A stretch of DNA of 64,000 bases from Eremomyces bilateralis CBS 781.70 (Eukaryota), in the NCBI GenBank assembly GCA_010015585.1, contig ML975162.1. One strand, given 5' to 3'. Each line of letters opens with the position of its first letter. The first letter of the stretch is position 1. A program made the position numbers and the translations under genes. Of this stretch, positions 1 to 10,763 are shown piece after piece. The notes below the pieces were generated by a model that worked only from the letters and a program-made list of their open reading frames with translations, had not been told where the DNA came from and ran no database searches.

Positions 1-1171
1 AGTAGGAATTGTCATCTTCTTGGTTATTGGCGAGCTTTTTGGAGATCTCGGCGTAGGCGTCCACGGTAGCTCCCGAAGCCGAAGGGACGGCGCTTGCGAA
101 GGCAGAAGCGCCGGTGGAGGTTTTGGCAAGCTCGATATTGTTCTGGACCATGTTCAGGATCATCTGCGACACTTCGGCCGTCTCGCTCTTCTTCCATGCC
201 TCGTACGCATCATCGTAATCGAAATCGACGAGTGACAGGGTTCGTCGATTTCCGCCGAGGTTGAGGTGGGTTTGGTAGGATTTCAGATCTTGCAGTGCAG
301 CCTTCTGCGTCCAATTGGCCTTGTGCTTGTTGACGTCGGCTTGTACTTGATCGTACTCTTTGCTGAAAACCCTCTTGACGATCATCGCTAAGGGCATGTC
401 CTTGACATCGTAAGTAAGAGGGACCTCGACTTCTATGCTAGTCCCCCCAGCGCCGCCATTGCGCGAAGCTTCAGAGGCAAGGTTCTGGTCGTGAATGAGC
501 AACTTCCGCTCCATCGTCTTCAACCGTTCTGCGAGATCCGGCCGGTCGCTGTCCCAGTTGTGATCTCTTAGAATGGCATTAATCAGCCGAATGAACAGCG
601 CGCAGTGTCGGTCCACCATCAGCTTCCATGCATCGGGTTCGGGGTGCGTCGGGCCCGTTCCAATATTACCCTTCTGAAGCTCCGACGAGGCTTTCGAGAA
701 AAAGATGAGGAGCAAGTCCTCGACGCGGCGGTCGGTTTCGACGCCTTTCCGGAAATGCTTCTCTTTGAACTGGTTTAAAAACGCTCCAAAGGTCCGCTTG
801 ATAAGCGCATCGTTGTATTCCGGCAGCCTCTCTTTCCCGATGAGCACGTACGTCAGCCTCTTGTCGAGCGCCGCCATAAACCCTTCCGGTACCCTGTTGC
901 TCCTGTTGGCTTTCAGCAGAGTAATATCGTGACCGATGACCTCGCTCGCCGAAGTCCGCGCCTTCTGCAATCTTGGTGGAGCCGCAACATGTTGTATCCT
1001 CTTTTGCCGTGGTTGTAGTTGGTAGTGTAATACGGCGACTGCCAGGCTGTATATGTATGCATCGTGTGGTGTCGCTGTGGCTTTACGATGTAAAGCTTGG
1101 GAGTTGTCGCGGGAAAGGTGTGTATTGCGTCGAGAGCGAGAGATTCGGCTGTGTCGAGAACTGGTGGACAT
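1..1171 (-). CDS. 5' part of a large fungal C2-domain/Munc13-homology protein (YOR296W/Git1/Ync13-like); runs off the window start
   Basis: Manual translation from the ATG at 1171 is open to position 1: MSTSSRHSRISRSRR...AVLHYQLQPRQKRIQH...GKERLPEYNDALIKRTFGAFLN...RRVEDLLLIFFSKA...WKLMVDRHCALFIRLI. This resembles the conserved N-terminus of the family. The C2 domain itself lies outside the window. Confidence 0.75.
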   Translation of the reverse strand, partial: MSTSSRHSRISRSRRNTHLSRDNSQALHRKATATPHDAYIYSLAVAVLHYQLQPRQKRIQHVAAPPRLQKARTSASEVIGHDITLLKANRSNRVPEGFMAALDKRLTYVLIGKERLPEYNDALIKRTFGAFLNQFKEKHFRKGVETDRRVEDLLLIFFSKASSELQKGNIGTGPTHPEPDAWKLMVDRHCALFIRLINAILRDHNWDSDRPDLAERLKTMERKLLIHDQNLASEASRNGGAGGTSIEVEVPLTYDVKDMPLAMIVKRVFSKEYDQVQADVNKHKANWTQKAALQDLKSYQTHLNLGGNRRTLSLVDFDYDDAYEAWKKSETAEVSQMILNMVQNNIELAKTSTGASAFASAVPSASGATVDAYAEISKKLANNQEDDNSY

Positions 1172-2484
1172 GGCGAAGGTGTCCGCTCGCTCGCGGGTCT
1201 TCTAGATATGTGGATTTCTTCAATCTTTTCCGTGAGCGTAGAAGACTGCGGTGGATGGGTCGTTTGTGCGGTGAAAGGTGAAAGGCGGCACTCTGCCAAG
1301 TAAAAGTGGTCGCTCGTGATGTGGTTCATTCGCGTCGCACGCCTGTTGGGCTGTCGGAGATCGTCTCAGATGCCTTTTAGGCGGAACCTGCCAGTACCAC
1401 GATGCCTAGTAGAGTCTAGACCTAGCTGAGAGACCTGCGAGGGTGCTCGTCATTCGAAAATTGTGGTGGCGGACACACGAAGGGAGTCGTGCCACTTGAC
1501 GGACAAGCTGACGGTCTGACACACCGAAGTCTCAGAGGTCGACGCAGAAACCAGTAAGCGGTAGATCCTCAGGAAGGTACAGGTAGATACAAGCACGACC
1601 TTGAAGTCTTTCGGTTGCACCTGAGGGAGGAGAGCAGCGCTGGTAGGAGCAATACTGGGCTATATCACGGTTCTGTTCACGAGAACGAATATGTCAGAGG
1701 TGAGGCCAGGATATTTCCCTGCATGGACGGTCCGGCAGAGGCTTATTAGGCACTGGATGTATTAATAACCTCTGAGGTGGGGGGGTTCCAGGTGACGTCG
1801 ATGGTCAATGCCACCGATTCCTTTGTGGTAACTGGAGAAAGGGAAGGTATTATCACCAGTGATGGCGGGAAGAAATAGAGAGAATTGAATCAGGCTTTCA
1901 CTGAAGATTAACCATTCAGAACTTTCAATCAGAAATCATTATCAGATCCATCGACACTGGAGTCAGGCTGAAGTTCTTCTGAGTTCTGATGTTAACTTAA
2001 GGGGCTGCTATTCAGGACGGACCTTGACGCCGTTGTATCACATATCAAGCTTGAATTGTTCGTGCCTGAGGCAATGAGGAACCTTTCGGTTAGCGTTCCA
2101 TGCCGTAAGCCATTGAGTGGAACTTCTATATTTGTAATCAATTATCAAAGGAACAAGAACCGGATCACTAAACCGCCTTACCGAAATTTCACCGACCGCC
2201 AATCGGGTCACAACTAAATCTCCCGACATGCCATACTGTACTATATCCGTATTAGCTCCAGAAGAGATCCCTGCTTTCCCCAGGTCCCCGCACTTCCCAT
2301 CCCAGCCCTTTTCTCGTCACTTTCTCTCCGCCCGACTTCATTCAGTTTCCAATCCAACTCTTCATTATCATCGTCCCGCTGTGTGCTACGTCCGTGCGCT
2401 ATAGACCACCACAATAGATTATCAATCTGCTTTGTCCCCCTCTTCAACCACGTTACTGTGGAACTCATCCCCCCATCGACAGCC

Positions 2485-2865
2485 ATGTCGTCCTCCCCCG
2501 CCGCAAAATCCCCGGCAAGCGGCTCTGCCACGGGAAAGCCCGAGAAACCCCGTCTGTCCGAACAGGAGAAGAAGAACAACCACATCGCCTCCGAGCAGAA
2601 ACGCCGCCAAGCCATCCGTGACGGTTTCGATCGCCTTGCGAACGTCGTGCCCGGAATGGCTGGCCAAGGGCGATCCGAAGCCGTCGTCCTCCAAGCGACC
2701 ATTGAGTTTCTCCGTCAGCAGCTGGTCGAACGCCAAGATTATATCGACGAGCTCCGCAGCCGTGGAGTCAATGTCGAAGGCTATGTCGTCAACGGCGTCG
2801 ATATCAATCGTCTTCGTCAAATTCTCGGCTCCAACCTCCACGGCTTCAATGGCACCGGCATATAA
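2485..2865 (+). CDS. small bHLH transcription factor (INO4-like)
   Basis: bHLH signature EKKNNHIASEQKRRQAIRDGFDRLANVVPGM...SEAVVLQATIEFLRQ; ATG in gccATG context. Confidence 0.85.
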   Translation: MSSSPAAKSPASGSATGKPEKPRLSEQEKKNNHIASEQKRRQAIRDGFDRLANVVPGMAGQGRSEAVVLQATIEFLRQQLVERQDYIDELRSRGVNVEGYVVNGVDINRLRQILGSNLHGFNGTGI

Positions 2866-4197
2866 ATGCTTGTCTATGCATGTCTGACCGATTGGAGTCA
2901 TTTGCTCCCGTATGTCTCGTACCATATCACGTGTGTCTATACCAGTATTAACGGAAGGAGCAGAATTTTCAGCGTCGGCGTTGTAGGAGTTTGAATTGGC
3001 CATCACGAGATGACGGCCTGAAGGCAGCAGGCATTGTCGCTCAAAGATGGGTGTTTGGAATACAGGCAGGATAATGCTATACTGTGATGTACCAGACATC
3101 AGTCAGTCCCTGAGATGGGAGTTCTGGGAGATCCATGTTGGCGACATCGAGACTTGATGTGTCGATCCCACCACCCAAGACGGACAATCCGAGTTAAAGG
3201 CGTTAAGGAAAAGAGCCTGGAGCCGATCAACCTTAGCCTGGAACCAACCGATATTAGCCTGGTCCAAAATGAATGACAGTCGTTCTCACGACTGTATCAT
3301 GTCATTTCCTTCAATGTGCCCAGACCCGAGGTACGCCCGATAGGTGGCGTCAGTGAACGTGACTCCCATGTTTTCTGAACAGTGATATATGCTGTACGTG
3401 TTACGCATCATGGTGTTAACCTCCCTCTAATATCACTGAACTGTGTAGAGGAAGCGATGACTACCGAAAGAGATGGTCAAGAACGCCTAAAGCCTGCCAC
3501 TCTGGGCAACAGCTAAGGGGTTGTTATCCAGTGGTCGATACAACTTGGCTTACCCTCGGTCACTGACTGTGTGCATGTGCCTCCGCACAATTAGAATGAT
3601 GCGGAAATGTTATCAGTGAAATGAGTGGCACGCTAGCCCGTTTTTGAAGTCTACTACACTTAGTTATATTCGACCGCCGCACAAAACTTAAACATTACCT
3701 TCTCAGAAGCAGTGCACTGGCAAGAGAGGCCCCAAGCAGGAAGCATGTCAGATTCTCTCTCCCTGAATTGTCTTCGAGAAGGCTTCTGGAGCACTGGCTT
3801 TCTGAGGCGAACAAGAACAAGACACCCCTCTCCAGTGGCTTATTCTCTCGCTTTCCATGCACGAGTATAACCTGGCATCCTCCTGTGCGTCCTACTTTCA
3901 AAGTGTGCTTTTACTTCTATGCCGCACATTGATTTCTGACTCTCGAAATTACCTTCCAAACCACCACCTTACTTTCATTATCCACGGCCCTCGATATAAC
4001 CAAGACGTCAGTGGCATTAGTGGAAGTACCGAAGAGAACCTCATCGTCGCTTCAGGGTATCCGATCCAACTCACACGAACAATCATCACACTCTTCAGGA
4101 CCTCTCCGTCACGGATCATACCACCACACCGCTCAACACAGCACTCTCCACTCTCCACTCCCCGCCTTCCGCCCTCCGCCCTCCAAACCCTATCTCG

Positions 4198-4836
4198 ATG
4201 CCTCCCTCTACACCTTCCTCTTCTACCAAAAAGCGCCGCCGCATCAAATCCCCCTCCCCCATATCCTCTGACTCCTCCGCCCACTTCTCCGACTCCTCCA
4301 CCGACCTCACCCGCGAACTCAACCGCCTCGGCGGCCCCCCGCTCAAACCCCGGCCCACCTCCCGCCCGCGCACCACCCCACGCCACCGCTCCGCCGACGC
4401 CATCGCCTGCCCGCACCCCCACTGCGCCTTCGCCACGCGCTACCGCATCGACATGCAGCGGCACGTACGCAACGACCACCAGCGCGATTGGGCGCTGCCG
4501 TGCGATGTGTGCGGGAAGACGAGCCGGGATCTGGGTGTGTGCGATCATCGGGAGAAGTATACTCCAAGCCAGGACCCGGAGAAGTTGGAGGCGGTGAAGT
4601 GGGATGATAAGCCGATTCGCGCGCTGAAGCTCACGGGGGAGAAAGAGTCGAATCGGGAGAAGAAGGAGTCGCTGGGGGAGATGCTAGCGGAGAGGCTGAA
4701 GGCGAAGAAGCCGGCGACGCGCAAGGAGGAGCTGGAGGAGGAGGAGGAGCCGGGGTGGAGGCGCGAGAGACACAAGGAGGTACCGGCGTCGCCGATCAAG
4801 AAACAGGAGGCCAAGCGCCGGAAGTATTTCAACTAA
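4198..4836 (+). CDS. hypothetical basic nuclear protein with a C2H2-type zinc finger
   Basis: 212-aa ORF with CPHPHCAFATRYRIDMQRHVRNDH followed by CDVC; KKRRR NLS-like motif. Confidence 0.65.
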   Translation: MPPSTPSSSTKKRRRIKSPSPISSDSSAHFSDSSTDLTRELNRLGGPPLKPRPTSRPRTTPRHRSADAIACPHPHCAFATRYRIDMQRHVRNDHQRDWALPCDVCGKTSRDLGVCDHREKYTPSQDPEKLEAVKWDDKPIRALKLTGEKESNREKKESLGEMLAERLKAKKPATRKEELEEEEEPGWRRERHKEVPASPIKKQEAKRRKYFN

Positions 4837-5758
4837 GTGCGATCTGGTTCTTCAGTAGACCATGCATGGAGCTAGCATTCTCCGCTTGCGCATATGGGGT
4901 TCGGATGAGTCGGACGGGGATCAATGCGGGGGACAATGAGAGCGGGATGCTCGGGTAAAAGGGGAGGATGAATGGGGTACGGGGTTAGTGATGGATAGAG
5001 GCTAGCGAGGATGGTGATTGCGCCATCAATACAACGGGTATGTTTCAAAATCTGCTTGCTCTGTGATTGTGCATGGTGCATACAATACTGGTCACCCACT
5101 GGCAGTCCGTGTCGAACAATGTACCTTATGGGGTATCAACACTTCTGGAATTTCTCGTGGTTGTTCATCGTCATCGGACCCTGCTAATGCACCTATCCAC
5201 CTGTCTCAGGTCTATGGCGCACAAATCCCAATTCTAATCCATAGCAAGGAGACGACTAGGTTACCCATCGTCGAGCCCCTTTACTGCAGACCTCCAGCAC
5301 ATTATTGTCCTCTACAACAAGCACACCGTCCGTTCAGTGATTTCACTACGACAGGCCAATGCCTAACGCCGAACCAGGTGCCTATCGCTAAACCGGCTTA
5401 AACCCAGTTTCAGCACTCTATCCTGCACTCGTGCTGCTGCGAGACTCATCCCTGGGATGACTAACTGCGAATTCCTTGTCTTCAGTACCGCTGCTTCGTT
5501 GCTCTGACGACCGTGTGGGTTGACTCGGCGGAGGTAGGTCAGCGATGACATCCATGGGCATACGATCTCCCCAAATCAATCCTGTTGATCGTAGGAAAGT
5601 CCCCCTCGAGGCAGCCATCCGCCATAGTAAGAAGAGAAGTTCGCCAGTCCTCTTCCCATCCCCATTCCGTTGCTTTAAGTCCATTTCATCCAGGTTGTGA
5701 TCCCGAAATCTTAATCATCAATCATAATCGCCTCCCGTCTCTCGTTCTTCACAGTCTC

Positions 5759-7220
5759 TCACTGGGTTCCCCCTCGCTGCCTCGCCTCTCGTTGCCTCGC
5801 ATCCCGCTCCCTCACCGCCTCCTCCACCGCCTCCAGCTCCACCGCCCCCAACCCACCCAGCCCACTCCGTCCCTTCACCCCCTCCACCTCCCCCACCCGT
5901 TCCACCACCGCCAACTTCGGCTCCCCCAACGAATTCTGTAACGCCCTCACAAAATCTACCACCTGCCCCTCGAACTCCTTCACAGGGAACCTCCCCGCCA
6001 TCTCCACGAAGTGCTGCACGAGCGGCGTTGTCGGTTCCGGCGTCAGTTCGGCGATCAACTCCTGCCGGATTGCCGTCCATGACGCCCGCTCGCCCCCTTT
6101 GCGTGCGTCGTGGAAGATGTTCGTGCTACAGAAATGCGGGAAGGGTGACGGGGACGCCGCGGTGGACGAGAACAAAGAGGAGGCGTGAATCCCGTTGTCT
6201 TCCGCATCATGCGGTTGCGGCGATGGTGACGGCGCCGGACAGAACCCCCAGCTCAGCGCCTCGATCGCGGCGCCAACACCCGTGTCGCCGAACACGAGAT
6301 ACCGCTCCAGTACGGCCTGTCGGATGAAATGGGCGATGAGGCGCAGGTAGGGGTCGGTGAGGGACGAGGTGTCGTCGATGGCGAGGCCGAGGGCGAAGCG
6401 GGCGGCGCCGAGGTGGATAAAGAGCGGGAGGAGGTCGAGGAGGGAGATGCAGGTACGGGAGCCGTAGTAGGTGGGTGCGGAGGCGAGGCGGGGATCGGGG
6501 GAGGGGAAAGGGAAGATGGAGGTGAGAACGTGTTCCCGGGTGGCGGAGAGGTGCTCGTCAGGGATGTGGTAGTTGGTGAAGGCGACGGTGGCGAGGGAGG
6601 GGAGGTGGAGGTGGAGGGTGGTGGTGTAGTGGTTGGCGCGGTGGGAGTTGTAGTTTTGGAGGGAGGTGAGGGATTTCGGGGTCGGGTTGGTGTCGGTGGA
6701 GAAGAAGCGGCGGTAGAAGAGGACGCTGAACTTTAGGAGGTGGAGACGGTAGATAGTGCTGTCGGAGACGGAACCGGAAGAATCATGGCTTTGGGGTTGG
6801 TTGAATATGGGGAGGAATGCTAGTAATTTTGGTGAGCACTATGTTTTTCAATCGACAATGGAAAATTGCGAATGGACATGTGCGCCGGAAGACTCATACT
6901 GTGATGTTAAGCCGAGACATATCACATTACGATAGCCCCTGGCTCTTGGTTCTCTCAGGGGTCGCGAGAGGAGTGCAGCTGACGACAGATCTGGTGTTGG
7001 AATTTGACGGAAGAAATGGAACCTATTGCTTAGAGCAAGACATACATTCAACCATGCGTAATGGCAACTCCGGAGATTCATTTACCGGGATTGGAACCCC
7101 CGTTTCCAGCGCGGCCCGTTCCTCGAATATCGCGGTGGTCGCTTTGTACAGGAGAAAATCCAGGATAAGGGGATCCACACCCGGAGGAGCGGACGGATCT
7201 GCTTCATCGCTGGATGCCAT
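5759..7220 (-). CDS. fungal hypothetical protein, 2 exons (intron ~6820-7045)
   Basis: Exon 1 MASSDEAD...LILDFLLYKAT...PLRMVE ends at a GTATGT donor. It splices at ...ACTAG into SFLPIFNQ...YRLHLLKFSVLFYRR, which continues into ORF 5759-6295. Confidence 0.65.
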
Positions 7221-8076
7221 TGTGCATTGATATCTTCAAGATTCAACTTAGAATGCCTCTGATGAGCGTTGTCTTGGAGCGCTATTCGCAATATAATGAA
7301 AGTGTAGGTGAGTACGGAGTACGGAGTCCGGGGACAATATGCATGTGAGGAAATGGCATCAAGCGGACGAAGTTCTTCGTGTGACTGCTTTGAAAGGAAA
7401 GCCAACTGATGAAAGAAGAAGTGAAACGACTACGACATATTTCGGACAACTAAAAGAACCACGAAGACAAGAGAAACCAAAGAAGCGAACTTGATTATTT
7501 CCAAGTGATCAGTTGCAAAAGTCGCGATAGTCGCGATAGTCGCGATGGTCATGTTGAGCGAGACACAATTAGCGGCAGCCGTTTACCAGCCACCCCATTA
7601 CCCCAATTACCACCATAAGATGGTAGAATGACTTGGAGATCACTTTCTTTGCCGTTGAAGATAAGAGCTTTGCAAATATGACATCTCCAGCGTCGCTACT
7701 TGAGGTCTTGACTAGGTCATTGGGAAGCTTCTATCGGACTTTTTGGTTCGCGTATGATCAAATGTTATATCCATCCTCCTCACGCTGACACTTCATGTCG
7801 GCTGGGCGCTGTCCGCATCATGGATCTTCGGACACTTCTATATATTCAACAGCTCCTTACTGGCCATCGCTGTCCGATCTGCGGCTCAGTTTGTGCCCGA
7901 TCTGATTAGATAGTATCCGGATTTCCGAGACAACCAGCCCCAGCAGTCAGCAGTGCCATGATGATGACTGCGCCACAAGATTGACGTAGGTACGTAGATA
8001 CTCGATCCTCCCCCTACCCCTTGAAGTTTCCCTTCACCATGCATCTATAAAAGTTAATACTGCCCTTCTTGAAGCA

Positions 8077-9578
8077 ATGCGTGGAAATTTCAAAGCCTAT
8101 CTGTCTCTTGTCCTGTTGAGTGTTATTTCCGTCTTATTGTACAATTCTCAGTCTATCATTTACACTACCAAACCACTCTTCTCCGCTCCAGACACCATGA
8201 GTGGCGGTGACGTCGACGGCTATAAGGCCGTGGCATATTTTGTCAACTGGGTAGGTCCTTCAGTTTCACACGATCCATTCGAAGTCTATGAATAGAACCG
8301 TCAAGATATGAAAGTGGGCGTAATATAAATCAAAATACTAACCCTCCCTAGGCCATTTACGGCCGTAACCACCATGTTCAAGACCTCCCTGGCCAAAACC
8401 TCACCCACATCCTCTACGCCTTCGCCAACGTCCGCCCCGACACCGGCGAAGTCCACCTCACCGACTCCTGGTCCGACGTCGAAAAGCACTACCCCACCGA
8501 CTCCTGGAACGACACCGGCCGCAACCTCTACGGCTCCCTCAAGCAGCTCTACCTCCTCAAGAAAGCCCATCCCCATCTCAAGCTCCTCCTCTCTATCGGC
8601 GGCTGGACCTACTCCTCCAACTTCCCCGCTCCCTGCTCCACCCCCGCCGGCCGCGCCACTTTTGCCCGCTCCGCCGCCGCCCTCGTTGCCGACCTCGGCT
8701 TCGACGGCCTCGACATCGACTGGGAATACCCGAAGAACGCTCAGGAAGGCGCTGACTTCCTCGCCCTCCTCCACACCTGCCGCGCGGAGCTCGACGCCCT
8801 GGCCGGGAAGTACGTCAACGCGGCCAACCCCGCCCTAGGACAGACGCGCGCCGCTCCCCCGCGGTTTGCGCTGAGCATCGCCGCGCCGGCGGGCCCGCAG
8901 CACTACCAGCACCTACCCCTGCGCGAGATCGGTGCGGTGTGCGACTTCGTGAACCTGATGGCGTACGACTACGCGGGCAGCTGGGACGCGGTCGCCGGGC
9001 ACCAGGCGGCACTATATCCGTCGACGTCAGCGCCGCAGACCACACCGTTCAGCACGGAGCGGGCGGTAGCGGACTACGTGGCGGCGGGGATGCCGGCGGG
9101 GAAGCTGGTGCTGGGGCTGCCGTTGTATGGGCGGGCCTTTGAGAATACGGGGGGACCCGGGGAGGGGTTTCAGGGAGTGGGAGAGGGGTCGTGGGAGAGG
9201 GGGGTGTGGGATTGGAAGGCGTTGCCGAGGCCGGGGAGTGAGGTGCGGGAGGATAGGGAGGGAGGATGGAGTTATTGTTATGATGCGGGGAAGAGGACGA
9301 TGGTTAGTTATGATACGTTGGAGATCGCGAGTCGGAAGGTGAGGTATGTGAGAGAGAAGGGGATGGGTGGGGTGATGTGGTGGGAGAGTTCGGGGGATAG
9401 GGAGACAGGGAAGGGGTCCATGATTGAGACGGTGGTCGGCGATTTGGGCGGTCCGGGGAAGGGGATGATGGATCGGAGCAAGAATTGCATCGCGTATCCG
9501 TTCAGTTCGTATGAGAACTTGAAGAAAGGGATGGTGGGAGAGGACGCGAAGCCGTACCCTCGAGAGGCGCCACAATAA
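8077..9578 (+). CDS. GH18 chitinase; intron 8251-8351
   Basis: YFVNW|AIYGRNH splice; SIGGWTYS; catalytic FDGLDIDWEYP; NLMAYDYAGSW; GGVMWWESSGD. Alternative start at 8197. Confidence 0.95.
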
Positions 9579-9683
9579 TGCTGATATCCCCAGGTTAGAT
9601 TTCTCATTTCTGTAGTTATTACACGGACGAAATTAGCGAATCATGAGCATGTGAGCATCTTAGTTACTATCTTTAGTTAACTA

Positions 9684-10084
9684 ACGTAATCCACCACCGA
9701 GCTGCGAACTTCAAATCTCACCAAAATCGGGATATTCTATAACCCGATATCTCAACAACAGCATGATAATAAAATCTAAAAGTCCATAGATATACTTTAC
9801 TAGTCATTTTAATCCTTTACTGAAATTTATAGAGCTCTATCTATTGTAGTTGTAGATATACATAGATCCTTGGTGCTAAAAGGTGCTAAAATCTACTATG
9901 ACCTAGGTATATCCACAACTACAATAGCTAAAGTTCTATAAATTTGAGTAAAGGCTTAAAATGATTGGTAAAGTCTATCTATCAACTTTTAGGTTTTATT
10001 ATCATGCTGTTGTTGAGATATCGGGTTATGAAATATCCCGATTCTGGTGAGATTCGAAGTTCGCAGCTCGGTGGTGGATTACGT
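9684..10084. mobile_element. 401-bp foldback MITE, Tc1/mariner-pogo (Fot1/Vader-type) ends, TA target duplication
   Basis: Starts ACGTAATCCACCACCGAGCTGCGAACTTC and ends with its reverse complement. The arms pair over ~185 bp each. TA at 9682-9683 and 10085-10086; no coding capacity. Confidence 0.92.
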
Positions 10085-10763
10085 TAGTGAGTTAGGTAGT
10101 TCCCCACATGGGCCTCGCAGAGAGGGCTGACGGCCGTATGAATCTCTCACACACACTCTCTCTCATATAGTGGGTTAGAGAATCTGCTTGATATTTAGCG
10201 GTAGTTTACGATAAATACTCGTGTATTGTTAATTCCTTGCCTATTTGGGTCGCTAAAAGCGGAAGTTTGATCGACTGCAAATACCGACCTGCGTGGAGGA
10301 AATGTTTCAAATTGCTTTTTAACACAACGTCTACATTGGGCGAAGGCTTTCTAGCATCATGAACGGTTTTGATGACTTGGACTGATTCATTTTATATAAT
10401 TTTTTAAAGGGAAAGAAGATGATAGTAGCGTTAAAGCATGGAAATACTCTCGCGGTGTCCAAGATGCACTCCGTATACTCTATGGAAATCAGCTAACTAG
10501 CAGCCAAGCTTTTCAATATTTAATGTAGGCACAGTTCCGTGTGTTAGAAAATAGCTGAAGAGCGCAATTTACATAGGATTATAAGAATTGCAATGTGTAT
10601 GGAGCCTTTGAGTTGGTTTGAGGTCAAAGTACCTCAGATTCGTCCCAGCACGGCAGGTGTCCCATCACCCAGGGGGAGGAGGTTAATACTTCTCTTATTT
10701 TCTATCTTCTAAAACTTGTACATCCGACCGTGAGTTGCCCCTAGAATCTAAAATATCCAATAT

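Noticed and set aside
7521..7550. GTCGCGATA x3 tandem repeat
   Set aside because: Short intergenic minisatellite with no further structure.
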